The notes below the pieces were generated by a model, which saw only the letters and a list, made by a program, of their open reading frames with translations, searched no databases and was not told the DNA's origin. Shown here one piece after another: positions 9,786 to 18,728 of a stretch of DNA of 64,000 nt. Within the stretch, counting starts at the first letter, position 1; each line of letters begins with the position of its first letter. The DNA is from a virus (taxonomy: Duplodnaviria > Heunggongvirae > Uroviricota > Caudoviricetes). The stretch is from IMG/VR virus record IMGVR_UViG_3300020576_002769, positions 17,985 to 81,984 of that record. One strand, given 5' to 3'. The position numbers and the translations under genes are program-made.

Positions 9786-10142
9786 TTAAAAATAAATCAA
9801 ATCCTTACCAATCGTTCTTTTGAATTCCAATTCAATCTCGGGAACCGGATTATCTTTATGTAAATGACCATCCTCACCGGACCACCCCATATCTCCGGAA
9901 TAATACTCAACCAATTCATTACCATCTCGACTTCTCCAATCAATAAAATGTAAATCAATTAAATTATCAGGTTCGCTTTCCCAAGCATAAGATTTTAATG
10001 ATAAAGTTTCTTCTCTAACATATTCGTTACCCTTATAAACAATCCAATCTTTATATTCAACTCTCCTTGTCGGAGTTCTTGTTACATTCATTTCCATAAT
10101 CAAGACCAAATTGTAAATAAAGCAATACCCAAAACCATACAC
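9786..10142 (-). CDS. hypothetical protein
   Basis: ORF. The true start may be an internal Met. Confidence 0.4.
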   Translation of the reverse strand: MYGFGYCFIYNLVLIMEMNVTRTPTRRVEYKDWIVYKGNEYVREETLSLKSYAWESEPDNLIDLHFIDWRSRDGNELVEYYSGDMGWSGEDGHLHKDNPVPEIELEFKRTIGKDLIYF

Positions 10143-10291
10143 AACAAAACGATTCCACTAATAATTGAAACCTTAAACCAAGTGTCCTCGCGTTTTTCAT
10201 CAAGATTAAATAAAAACCAACTTCCCGAAAATAGAAGGGCAATCACAATCATTGTTGTGAAATAAATTTTTAACCAAATCAAATTATCCAT
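10100..10291 (-). CDS. small membrane protein
   Basis: Two TM helices. ATG at 10291, downstream of the promoter at 10306-10337. Confidence 0.4.
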   Translation of the reverse strand: MDNLIWLKIYFTTMIVIALLFSGSWFLFNLDEKREDTWFKVSIISGIVLLCMVLGIALFTIWS

Positions 10292-10305
10292 ATATAAAAT
10301 TTTCC

Positions 10306-10337
10306 ACAAAGATACAACAATATTTTAATCCACCAAA
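10306..10337 (-). promoter_or_regulatory. Bacteroidota sigma-A-type promoter (TTTG-N20-TATCTTTG)
   Basis: The coding strand reads ATTTATTTGgtggattaaaatattgttgTATCTTTGtgg. The -33 part overlaps the GC-rich repeat copy 1. Confidence 0.5.
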
Positions 10338-10398
10338 TAAATCTTCAAAAAAAAGGGGCGGGGGGATTGAGAACCGACCGGAGGGAGTTCGGTCCGGG
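10327..10398. repeat. GC-rich ~70-bp element, copy 1 (direct repeat of 13058-13127)
   Basis: TAATCCACCAAATAAATCTTCAAAAAAAAGGGGCGGGGGGATTGAGAACCGACCGGAGGGAGTTCGGTCCGGG is about 85-90% identical to copy 2. It has a G-run plus a CCGGA..TCCGG stem, and on the minus-strand RNA a U8 tract follows. Confidence 0.6.
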
Positions 10399-10409
10399 AA
10401 AGAATCAAA

Positions 10410-12449
10410 TTATTTCGGGAAAAACTCATCAATGTATCCTAATTTTTTTGCCACTTTATATGCACCACTATATTTAATCCTAAACTCTGACACATTTTTA
10501 CACTCAGATGATTTTTCTTTCATTAATTCATACGACCAAATTGATTTTCTAACCGGTCTATTTTCAACAGGAAAAAGTTCATTTAATATACCATATTTTT
10601 TCGCGACTTTGTATCCACCACTATATTTTATTTCAAATTCAGACCTATTCCTACACTCAGACGATTTCTCTATTATTAATTCGTAAGTCCATTTAGATGG
10701 TTTAGGAGTTCTTATTGGTTTTATCATATGAGAACATATTTCATCAATCCATCCATTTTTAACAGCAGAACGATAAAAAGGTCTGGAATTTACGGTAAAA
10801 TCTTTTTTATAATTGTATTTTAACGCTTCTTTTCGACATTCTTCTTTATCATTATATTTTTCAAGTAATAGTTCATTTAATGTTTTTGGGAAAACAACTT
10901 TCAATAAATTATTTCTATCTAAAAATTTAAGAAGACCCGGTTTACTCTTTTGTAAATGACTAATACAGTCATAATTTTTTGCCTCTTCTAACGCATTTTC
11001 CATATTCCATTCCCCCGGCATTTTTTTAGTTTTAACTAAATCAGATATTAAGTCTTCCCACCATCCATTTTCAATCGCAATGTTTCTAACCCAACTATTC
11101 ATTTTTTTTGAATATTCTTCTCTATTCTCACATCCTTCTTTCATTTTCACAAAATAATCATAAGTATATTTTGACTTCATAGCACCTAATGAACCGGCTT
11201 TAGCCTTATTTAATAGAATGTAACCCATATCACTATATTCCTTAACCCACATCGCCTCCATTTCAGGTGCATCTTCTTCTTTTATTGGTGTAGAAGTCAG
11301 AAGTTTGAATTCAGGTATTACGTTAATTTCTTTAATTTTTTCAAAAACGGGAGATTTACCTTTTTCAGTTCCATATAAATGAGCATTTTTCCTTCTTTTA
11401 ATTTGACAAGTTAATCCAACATAAGCATATTTAGGTATTGTTGTATTAAATTCAAACACATAAATAACTCTTTCTTTAAGAGTCATCTGTCTTTTCATAT
11501 GAGCAAAACAAATTTTATCCCAACTATTTTTAAGAATAATTCTATAAGCATAATTTGAATTTTCACACATATCACTTCTTGTCTGATATTTTAATGATTC
11601 TTCAGTACATTTTTCAATAGTATCAAAATCTTCAAAAACTTTCCTAACATTACCACTTTTAGTTATGTGTTGTATATGGTCAAGTAATTCTGTCCAATTA
11701 TTTTTATGAATAACATCATAAATGTTTGGGTAGTCTTTATAGAATTCAGAATGTACGGTATAGTTTTTAGTAATTTCTTTACATTTATCATAAGTCCAAT
11801 AACCATTAGGCTTAAAAATATAATCCATATGACTAACACAAGACAACCAAAATTCTTTATCTTCATCACTCGATGATAATTTCCTATAAGTTCTTGCGGT
11901 ATTGAATACTGAGCGGTCGTTTATTTCCCAATCTCTTTGATTATTATATTTAAGTGCAGATTCTAATATTTCTTCTTTGGTATATTGTTTAACAATTTTA
12001 GATTTACCCATATGTTTAACCGCCTCATCCATAATACCTAATCTTTTCGCAGCACCATATTGTCCGGGTGAATTAATTCTAAAATCATTTCTAGTTTTAT
12101 ACTTCAAAGACTCAGTTAACACTTCTTCATTAGTATATGGTTCCGATACTTGTCTTATTAAATGTTTTGTCAATTCATCCCACCAACCATCACGTTTAAT
12201 TGCGTTGATAACACTTGTCCCTTGTAAATCATTAAAATATTTGAACTTTAAGACCTCCTCTTTACATTTTTCATATGTCCATTTTGGATTTTTAGGAGAA
12301 TGTGGTGTCTCCCAATGAGATAACAAATCAAACCATCCTTTACTTCTTATCTTCATAATAATTGAAGGGTCGGTTTGATTTAATTCCGTATAACTGTTGT
12401 ATTTAGAAACCTCTTCTTGACATTTTTCATATGTTAAACTTCTTCTCAT
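10410..12449 (-). CDS. large GIY-YIG-type endonuclease with ~10 degenerate ~40-aa flanking repeats
   Basis: The core is ERVIYVFEF..KYAYVGLTCQIKRRKNAH. The repeats have the form W.YEKCKEE..KY....F.....Y..A.K.GW.DE...HM. DNA-level repeats are visible at 10420-10700. Confidence 0.65.
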   Translation of the reverse strand: MRRSLTYEKCQEEVSKYNSYTELNQTDPSIIMKIRSKGWFDLLSHWETPHSPKNPKWTYEKCKEEVLKFKYFNDLQGTSVINAIKRDGWWDELTKHLIRQVSEPYTNEEVLTESLKYKTRNDFRINSPGQYGAAKRLGIMDEAVKHMGKSKIVKQYTKEEILESALKYNNQRDWEINDRSVFNTARTYRKLSSSDEDKEFWLSCVSHMDYIFKPNGYWTYDKCKEITKNYTVHSEFYKDYPNIYDVIHKNNWTELLDHIQHITKSGNVRKVFEDFDTIEKCTEESLKYQTRSDMCENSNYAYRIILKNSWDKICFAHMKRQMTLKERVIYVFEFNTTIPKYAYVGLTCQIKRRKNAHLYGTEKGKSPVFEKIKEINVIPEFKLLTSTPIKEEDAPEMEAMWVKEYSDMGYILLNKAKAGSLGAMKSKYTYDYFVKMKEGCENREEYSKKMNSWVRNIAIENGWWEDLISDLVKTKKMPGEWNMENALEEAKNYDCISHLQKSKPGLLKFLDRNNLLKVVFPKTLNELLLEKYNDKEECRKEALKYNYKKDFTVNSRPFYRSAVKNGWIDEICSHMIKPIRTPKPSKWTYELIIEKSSECRNRSEFEIKYSGGYKVAKKYGILNELFPVENRPVRKSIWSYELMKEKSSECKNVSEFRIKYSGAYKVAKKLGYIDEFFPK

Positions 12450-12457
12450 ATAATTTA

Positions 12458-13012
12458 TTAAAAAATATTTGGTATTGAATAAACTAAATCACAAGGCTCT
12501 CCCTTAATTCTTAATTCATAATTAACAACAAATTCATCATAAGACATATTTTTTAATCGGATTAATTTGTCATAATACTTTTTGTAATAGTTTGGTGTTT
12601 TTAATTCATCAAGATATATAAGTGTTGAATTAATTCGTGATTGATGTGATGAAAACAATCCTAATAAATTATCACTTTTTCTAAATGACCTTGGACTATT
12701 ATATCTTGTTGGTATATTAACCAATAATGAGAATTCAATTGATTTAGCCAAACGTTTATTATTAACTATAATACATTTAGCAAAATCCCAATTTTTTACT
12801 TTTGAGGTTTCTGGGTATGAATGAGATTTTAATCTTTGAATTAAATCACCACTATATCCGATATACACAATATCATCACCCGACATAAGCCAATAAACAC
12901 CAATGTATTTACCGGAACGTTTATATATAATTCTGCCACTATCATCACGTTTAATTTTGTTAACAATTAATTGTTCCTCTTTTAAGTGTTTACGAATAAT
13001 ATCCAATATCAT
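12458..13012 (-). CDS. GIY-YIG homing endonuclease
   Basis: KYIGVYWLMSGDDIVYIGYSGDLIQRLKSH. Confidence 0.8.
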   Translation of the reverse strand: MILDIIRKHLKEEQLIVNKIKRDDSGRIIYKRSGKYIGVYWLMSGDDIVYIGYSGDLIQRLKSHSYPETSKVKNWDFAKCIIVNNKRLAKSIEFSLLVNIPTRYNSPRSFRKSDNLLGLFSSHQSRINSTLIYLDELKTPNYYKKYYDKLIRLKNMSYDEFVVNYELRIKGEPCDLVYSIPNIF

Positions 13013-13037
13013 ATTATTAGTTTTTTAATGATTGGTG

Positions 13038-13069
13038 CAAAGATAAGTATATTTTTTTAATCCACCAAA
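13038..13069 (-). promoter_or_regulatory. Bacteroidota sigma-A-type promoter for 12458-13012
   Basis: The coding strand reads TTATTTGgtggattaaaaaaatatactTATCTTTGcacc. The -33 region lies in repeat copy 2. Confidence 0.5.
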
Positions 13070-13127
13070 TAAATCATCAAAAAAAGGGGGCGGGGGGATT
13101 GGACAACGACCGGAGGGAGTCCGGTTT
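13058..13127. repeat. GC-rich ~70-bp element, copy 2
   Basis: TAATCCACCAAATAAATCATCAAAAAAAGGGGGCGGGGGGATTGGACAACGACCGGAGGGAGTCCGGTTT. Confidence 0.6.
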
Positions 13128-13659
13128 ATGTGAGACATCGATTGATTCCCCCAATATAATTCATTATAATTCCCATATGAATTTATATGAACAATACGAA
13201 AACTCAAAAATCGGGGGTGAAAACGATAAGATAAAAACAATCAATGATATCATAACCCAATACCCAAAAATAATCGACTACTTATATAACCGAATAGACA
13301 CCTGTTTCGGAAAACATATTGTATATGTTGTTCATATGAGGGTAGATAATATTGATATGATTAAAATAGGTTACACCAAAAATTCTGTAACCGGAAGATT
13401 CTCAGAAAAAAGATGGACAGACCATCATAAAATAGATATTGTGGAAATATTAAGAGAAAACACCCTTCAAGCAAAAGGAGCGGTGGATTTCGAAAAAGAA
13501 TTAAAATCACAATGTTCTCAATATACTATTAATTCAAACCTAAAACTCCCGGGAAAAAATGAATTTATGGATTTTAATAATAAAAATAACATACTATCAA
13601 AATACGACAACCTATTTCCAATTTACGAATCCATTATAGGATTAAAATCCCCCAACTAA
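13099..13659 (+). CDS. GIY-YIG-like (T5orf172-type) domain protein
   Basis: HIVYVVHMRVDNIDMIKIGYTKNSVTGRFSEKR. The true start may be the internal Met near 13177. Confidence 0.5.
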   Translation: MDNDRRESGLCETSIDSPNIIHYNSHMNLYEQYENSKIGGENDKIKTINDIITQYPKIIDYLYNRIDTCFGKHIVYVVHMRVDNIDMIKIGYTKNSVTGRFSEKRWTDHHKIDIVEILRENTLQAKGAVDFEKELKSQCSQYTINSNLKLPGKNEFMDFNNKNNILSKYDNLFPIYESIIGLKSPN

Positions 13660-13673
13660 CAAAAGAGGGAGAA

Positions 13674-14288
13674 TCAATCAAATCGAATTATTCTATATTC
13701 CTCAGTATTGGGATAAAATTCAACATTCTCATCATACTCCTCTTGTGATAAACTACGACACTTATCCAAAATATCCTTAATACCTCCATTACAAATGGTA
13801 TATCCTCGTTGAACATATTTCTGAACTCTCCTTAATGAATCAAATACATACAAAGGTTCCAAATGATTTATAACAATCCTCTTATGATGAACATCCAATA
13901 ATCCCGATGGACTACATAACACCTTCTCACCATCATACATAAACTGACATACCGTAAAATCAAACGAATCCAAAATACTCTCAAAAGTTTCATACTCCCG
14001 ATATATAATCTGAACCTTAATCTTCCCCTTCTTATAGGTCCTCAAGTTATCGTTGAAATAAACCAACCGATACCCCTTACCCTTAGTCAAATTCAAATTA
14101 ACAAATTCATCCAAGTCAGACTTACTCAATCCAAAGATATCAATATCATTGTACTTCTCACCAAATAAACTATCCCGAACACTCCCACCGGCAATAACAA
14201 CATTCAACTTCTTACCATCAACATCCTCAAACTTGAAGTCAGGTAGTTTAACCAACAACCCCTCCTTAGGTAATTCACAATATTTCAT
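13674..14288 (-). CDS. minimal class-II (Pol-beta superfamily) nucleotidyltransferase, CCA/poly(A)-polymerase head-like
   Basis: VVIAGGSVRDSLFGEKYNDIDIFG (GGxVRD..D.D) plus a degenerate RRDFTxNA-like SFDFTVCQF. Confidence 0.55.
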   Translation of the reverse strand: MKYCELPKEGLLVKLPDFKFEDVDGKKLNVVIAGGSVRDSLFGEKYNDIDIFGLSKSDLDEFVNLNLTKGKGYRLVYFNDNLRTYKKGKIKVQIIYREYETFESILDSFDFTVCQFMYDGEKVLCSPSGLLDVHHKRIVINHLEPLYVFDSLRRVQKYVQRGYTICNGGIKDILDKCRSLSQEEYDENVEFYPNTEEYRIIRFD

Positions 14289-14290
14289 AA

Positions 14291-14596
14291 TTAGAATTTT
14301 AAATCTGAAACATAAGTCTCTAACGATACCAATGGAATTATCTCTTTCATCCTATCAAGATTTCCAATACCATCAACAGCATCCCATCCATATCTTTCCC
14401 CCGCATTGAATGACTTTACAATCTCAGGAATAAGTGGAGTTGTTTGTGTTAAAATTTCTTTTAACCCTTCTAACACCCCCAAACATTTATGAGCATCAAT
14501 CATATTATTTTCCTTTTGATAAAACCTAACATCTTTCTCTAATGTCTCAATTCTTCCCTCAATAAACTCTCGGTCTATAATAACGTATTTATCCAT
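14291..14596 (-). CDS. hypothetical protein
   Basis: ORF of 101 aa. A TATCTTTG -7 box lies upstream (plus-strand ccacaaagata at about 14612-14622). Confidence 0.4.
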   Translation of the reverse strand: MDKYVIIDREFIEGRIETLEKDVRFYQKENNMIDAHKCLGVLEGLKEILTQTTPLIPEIVKSFNAGERYGWDAVDGIGNLDRMKEIIPLVSLETYVSDLKF

Positions 14597-14682
14597 ATCT
14601 TTTTATTTAGACCACAAAGATATAACAACCCCCCGGATTTACCAAATTTTTTTCCAAAAATTTTTTTTTGAGATTTGACCTT

Positions 14683-14955
14683 TTATTTAGATGGGGGGTC
14701 AATACCCGGAGGTAATCCATACGGATAATTATCATCATAATAATAACCCTGTTCCTTAATCCATTTATGAGCCAATCTTGGAGAATCAAATAACTTTACA
14801 TTATCCCCCTTCTTAATCGCCCATATTACATCACCACCATAATAATAATTCTCATTTATCACAATAACATAATACTCCTGACCCTCATCAATAATATCAC
14901 CAACATTATCAAGATAATAACCACGACTCCTAAAAACACAAAATCTTTTTTCCAT
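14683..14955 (-). CDS. hypothetical protein
   Basis: ORF of 90 aa. The overlapping track ORF 14607-14789 is treated as spurious. Confidence 0.4.
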   Translation of the reverse strand: MEKRFCVFRSRGYYLDNVGDIIDEGQEYYVIVINENYYYGGDVIWAIKKGDNVKLFDSPRLAHKWIKEQGYYYDDNYPYGLPPGIDPPSK

Positions 14956-14993
14956 AATTTATATTTTATAAAAAAATAAACAATTTTCCATAA

Positions 14994-15028
14994 ATAAAAA
15001 ACCCCACTTAATCAAATGTGGGGATAGG
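14994..15028 (-). terminator. rho-independent terminator after the HNH gene
   Basis: On the minus RNA: CCCCAC-AUUUGAUUAA-GUGGGG followed by UUUUUU. Confidence 0.6.
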
Positions 15029-16093
15029 TTTAACTTTTATATCAACATTATCTTTATAATCAATTGATATCTCATAATACGGAAACTTCTCTTTAAGGTA
15101 ACTCTTAAATGTCATTTGATTACCCTTCTTCAAATTGTCCTCAGCCCATAAAGGTTGAAAATTTGTATAATGACATAACTTCTTGATTTCTTCTAAAGTC
15201 TTAGCAGACGATATTGGAATGATGTGGTCAATATGCCAACCATAAAACCCATAGTTCTCCCAAGACATACCTTCCAAAAAATTAATCTCCAAATATTTTC
15301 TGAACTCCTCAGGTGTACATCCAATCATCTTAAACATTGGACTATCCTTTTTAGCCCCAATCTGTTTTATATATTGTTTAGTTCTATTACGAAGGTTACA
15401 TATCGCACGATAAAAAGGGTCTTTCTGTTTTCTTGATTTATGATACTCTTTTTTCTTAGTTGGATTATTTTCACGATATATCTTTCTACTCACCTTAATC
15501 TTATTCGTGTTGTTTTCACGATATTTTTTCTTAGTATTCTTAACCTTAGTTGGATGCTCAAGTCTATAAATCCTAATCCTTTCTTTTTCACATTCCCCAC
15601 ACTTTGTAACAGAACCTTTATAAAATTCAGATATAGGTTTGGTTAATCCACATTTATTACAAGTACTTTCAATCAAACTCTCCTGAATCATATCAATCTT
15701 TTCCTTACGAGTTAATTTAACTTTTACTGAATTGATTAATATAAAAGGTTTATTTGGATAATACCATATAATCTTAGAATATTTATCATTAATCTTTTTA
15801 GTCTTAGAATATTTATCATTAATCTTTTTAGTCTTAGAATATTTATTATTAATCTTTTTAGTCTTAAGAATATTTTTATCATATGTTTTTTCAGTTTTTC
15901 CTACCTTATTCTTCTCTCTATATCTCCTCTTAGATTCTTTTACCTTATCCGGATTATTCTTACGATATCTTTTTTTATCAATATTACAACACTCCCGACA
16001 TTGATAATGCAAACCATCAGAAGAACTCTTACGATTATTGAATTCTGACAATCCCTTCTCAATACCACATTTTGAACATCTCTTTAATTCCAT
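15008..16093 (-). CDS. HNH homing endonuclease with N-terminal zinc ribbons and an internal K-rich tandem repeat
   Basis: C-terminal WHIDHIIPISSAKTLEEIKKLCHYTNFQPLWAEDNLKKGN. N-terminal CSKCG..C..C motifs. It is a paralog of 59272-59991. Confidence 0.75.
   Translation of the reverse strand: MELKRCSKCGIEKGLSEFNNRKSSSDGLHYQCRECCNIDKKRYRKNNPDKVKESKRRYREKNKVGKTEKTYDKNILKTKKINNKYSKTKKINDKYSKTKKINDKYSKIIWYYPNKPFILINSVKVKLTRKEKIDMIQESLIESTCNKCGLTKPISEFYKGSVTKCGECEKERIRIYRLEHPTKVKNTKKKYRENNTNKIKVSRKIYRENNPTKKKEYHKSRKQKDPFYRAICNLRNRTKQYIKQIGAKKDSPMFKMIGCTPEEFRKYLEINFLEGMSWENYGFYGWHIDHIIPISSAKTLEEIKKLCHYTNFQPLWAEDNLKKGNQMTFKSYLKEKFPYYEISIDYKDNVDIKVKPIPTFD
15773..15872 (-). repeat. 33-bp in-frame tandem repeat (about 3 copies) inside the HNH gene
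   Basis: CTTAGAATATTTATCATTAATCTTTTTAGT repeated three times. It encodes the KTKKIN[ND]KYSK repeats. Confidence 0.7.
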
Positions 16094-16126
16094 AAAGGCA
16101 AAAATAATAAATTATTTATTTTTGTA

Positions 16127-16150
16127 AATTTTTTCCAGAATTTTTTTTAC
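16127..16150. repeat. direct repeat TTTTTTCCAGAATTTTTTT, copy A
   Basis: Same ~19-mer recurs at 16244-16268. A variant TTTTTTTCCAAAAATTTTTTTTT occurs at about 14648-14670. Confidence 0.4.
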
Positions 16151-16243
16151 TATTTGAGTAATTACCAACACTAAAGAATATTCCCCCAAATAACTTTAGT
16201 AATTCCCCACATATATAATAACCGGATACTAATTAACCGGGGG

Positions 16244-16268
16244 ATTTTTCCCCCAATTTTTTTCCAGA
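16244..16268. repeat. direct repeat TTTTTTCCAGAATTTTTTT, copy B
   Basis: See copy A. Confidence 0.4.
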
Positions 16269-16350
16269 ATTTTTTTAAGAATACTTCGTCTACGGGATTA
16301 TACCCCTATTTTGGGTATAAAAGGGGGGAGGAAGGGAGGTAGGATACGTC

Positions 16351-16417
16351 CCCCACCCATAGGGGAGCCCCCCTATGGGGTCTAATGGGGGTGGGATATA
16401 AATAACCCCCCATTAGG
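16351..16417. other. GC-rich nested-palindrome structure
   Basis: CCCATAGGGG-AGC-CCCCTATGGG is a 10-bp perfect stem. CTAATGGGGG ... CCCCCCATTAG is a second stem enclosing GGGATATAAATAA. Confidence 0.5.
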
Positions 16418-16862
16418 TGGAGGGTTTATAATCGACAATGAAGTTATTGATTTTAAACGATGATTCCATTATGGCTTGGTCACCTGTGAATTGACTAACG
16501 AAGAGATAAGTCCTTTGATATTCTCGGGGGATTTGTTTATAGAAGAACTCGCACCACTTCTCCATATCTTTCTTTGTGTTGTATGGTACCTTCCAACCTA
16601 TTGGTGATGTTAGGTACGCATCCAATGAGTAAGCAGTACTACCGATATACTCAGGGTCTCTCTCTATGAATCTTTGTTTGGCGTATGGTCTTATTGGTAC
16701 CCCGAAGTAATCAGATACCTTATCATAATCAACAATGATATCGATGAATGAGACTCTATACTCATCAAAGTTACGGGAAGGTTTCCATCCTATTACGAAG
16801 TTATATTTCCTCTTTAATGATTTGACTGTCATATCAAATCCTTTTTTTACATTATTATCCAT
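16413..16862 (-). CDS. hypothetical protein (GC-richer than the surroundings)
   Basis: ORF of 149 aa. Upstream ATATTTATTGTT-ATG. Confidence 0.4.
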   Translation of the reverse strand: MDNNVKKGFDMTVKSLKRKYNFVIGWKPSRNFDEYRVSFIDIIVDYDKVSDYFGVPIRPYAKQRFIERDPEYIGSTAYSLDAYLTSPIGWKVPYNTKKDMEKWCEFFYKQIPREYQRTYLFVSQFTGDQAIMESSFKINNFIVDYKPST

Positions 16863-17065
16863 AACAATAAATATTCTTATCTTTTTATTTGGCCAATTGA
16901 AATATTCTTTATACCTTTGTGTCGATAGACCGACTCGTTAGAGGAGTAGGACATTACCGGGGGAACCTTCATCGACAGATGAAGAACCAATCCGGATGGG
17001 GGCGTACCTTTTTAATCGGGGGTGGAAGAGTAGACGGATGGGTGCTCCATATTTTTATATATAAA

Positions 17066-17482
17066 TCAATCGTCTTCTCGGTAGTAGATGTCTGTCCGGT
17101 GTTCGTATATCTTTAAGTCCCCCACTATCCACTTGTTCTTTTCATCCACCTCACACACTACGTTCTTGTTGAAGTTATCTTTCCACCACAACATTCGTAG
17201 ATTATCTATGTGTGCAATATGTTTTGGGGGAATGTTATTATCAAATCCCCACTTTATACTAATCTTATGGTCTATGTGATATTTATGCCACCCCCGATTC
17301 TCAATCCCTTCTATAAGATGTTTAACCTTCTCGGTTAGTTCCATTACTTTCTCTTTATATAAATCAAACTTAGTTAGTGGTTTCTTCTTTTTACCTTTAG
17401 TCTTAGGTTTAATCGTTCTCTTCGGTTTTGGTTTCTCAGACCAAATAGGGGTTAAATCAATTTTCTTACGTAGTAGTCCCAT
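17066..17482 (-). CDS. HNH endonuclease
   Basis: WHKYHIDHKISIKWGFDNNIPPKHIAHIDNLRMLWWKDNFNKN. Composition is GC-richer than the window average. Confidence 0.65.
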   Translation of the reverse strand: MGLLRKKIDLTPIWSEKPKPKRTIKPKTKGKKKKPLTKFDLYKEKVMELTEKVKHLIEGIENRGWHKYHIDHKISIKWGFDNNIPPKHIAHIDNLRMLWWKDNFNKNVVCEVDEKNKWIVGDLKIYEHRTDIYYREDD

Positions 17483-17582
17483 AGTATTTAATGTTTTATC
17501 AATATAAATATCTATTCTTTGATAAAAACATAATCTAAACCGGACATTAATTTACAAATCAATAATTAAAACCGGAGATTTT

Positions 17583-17613
17583 TTTGTGAATTCCATAATT
17601 TGTATTATCTTTG
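17583..17613 (+). promoter_or_regulatory. Bacteroidota sigma-A-type promoter (TTTG-N19-TATCTTTG)
   Basis: TTTGtgaattccataatttgtatTATCTTTGtggg, followed 19 nt later by the ATG at 17633. Confidence 0.45.
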
Positions 17614-17632
17614 TGGGCTAAAATAGATTTGT

Positions 17633-17776
17633 ATGATTGTATTAGTTATTCTTGCTGTCTTGGTGATAGGGATGTTCCTTATTGATATACACGTAATCCC
17701 CCACCTTTCTTCGGATAATAAGTTCCGGAAGTGGTTTAAGACTTATCTTATTGATGATGACCCCGACCACGAATAA
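17633..17776 (+). CDS. small hydrophobic protein (47 aa)
   Basis: MIVLVILAVLVIGMFLIDIHV... Below the track threshold. It has its own promoter and overlaps the 3' end of 17748-18131. Confidence 0.35.
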   Translation: MIVLVILAVLVIGMFLIDIHVIPHLSSDNKFRKWFKTYLIDDDPDHE

Positions 17777-18131
17777 ACATCTCCACCTGATGTAGGGAAT
17801 GTTCCCTTATCTCCATATTGACCTTATTTAAATCCCCCTCGTTAAGTGGGGATTTTTTGTTTATCTCATCTATCACCCCGGACATATCACAATGGGTCAT
17901 AATTAATACCTCCTGTTTTATTCTGTTCCCCACTCTTGTTAGGACATAATGACAGGTTCCCATTCCATAATCTACCACATAGGTTTCTCCGGATTGTATA
18001 ACTGAAGGTTTTTCGTTGTTTAGGTACCCCGTCGGAAACGTGTTTTCGTACATATAATTTCTTTTATTATAAGTATATAAAATTGGGTTCTCGATGTAAA
18101 GAGGGGGAATTGTCTGTGTCAGATTTTCCAT
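17748..18131 (-). CDS. hypothetical protein
   Basis: ORF of 127 aa. A palindrome lies immediately upstream of its ATG. Confidence 0.4.
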   Translation of the reverse strand: MENLTQTIPPLYIENPILYTYNKRNYMYENTFPTGYLNNEKPSVIQSGETYVVDYGMGTCHYVLTRVGNRIKQEVLIMTHCDMSGVIDEINKKSPLNEGDLNKVNMEIREHSLHQVEMFIRGRGHHQ

Positions 18132-18134
18132 TTT

Positions 18135-18149
18135 CTGACAAAATGTCAG
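18135..18149. promoter_or_regulatory. operator-like perfect palindrome CTGACA-AAA-TGTCAG
   Basis: Located 3-17 nt upstream of the ATG of 17748-18131. Confidence 0.35.
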
Positions 18150-18692
18150 TCTGATTCATAATGGGGATAATCCCTTTCCCCACTTTTAACCCCCACCGGT
18201 AATACATTCCTTACCACTTTTTACCACCCATTATGGTCGTGCCGATAGTGTGAAGACCAATTTTTTCCCCCTGAGAGTATCAGGAAGACCAATTATTTTG
18301 ATAGTAGTGTTTCCCAGTAAAAAATGTTTATTATGAATGGTAACGCGGTGGAACACGTAGTGTGTTAGAGAAGTATCTTCAACGACCCCGAATAGGGGAT
18401 AAATTTAACCACTAATGGACGATTTAATGATTTATAATATGGGACACCATACAGACACAAAACACCATTAAAAGTATCGATAGACCGACCGAAGGAAGTT
18501 ATCATTTGTATCCGGATTGTGAGTTTTAAACTGACTACACTGATACAAAACATAACTTACCATAACAAGAACTCATCCGGATTATATTCATTTACATATA
18601 ATTAACCACTTGTGGTTCCCTTTATATGTATTTGCGTATAATCCACCATAACAATAATGTTAGTGTCCCTTAATCGTCCCCTTCTTTAGAGG

Positions 18693-18709
18693 GGGGAACT
18701 TCGTTCCCC
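18693..18709. other. perfect GC hairpin GGGGAAC-TTC-GTTCCCC
   Basis: 7-bp stem with a 3-nt loop, in a 730-bp noncoding stretch. Confidence 0.4.
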
Positions 18710-18728
18710 GTCTTCAAATGGGGGGAAA

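Noticed and set aside
10327-10398. Simple long hairpin within the GC-rich element (GAACCGACC versus GTTCGGTCC)
   Set aside because: The two halves are mirror repeats, not reverse complements. Only the short CCGGA/TCCGG stem is real.
16921-18490. 13-bp exact repeat TCGATAGACCGAC at 16921 and 18478 flanking the HNH gene
   Set aside because: Flanking sequences diverge immediately. A single 13-mer match is within chance expectation for 64 kb, so I do not call it a direct repeat.
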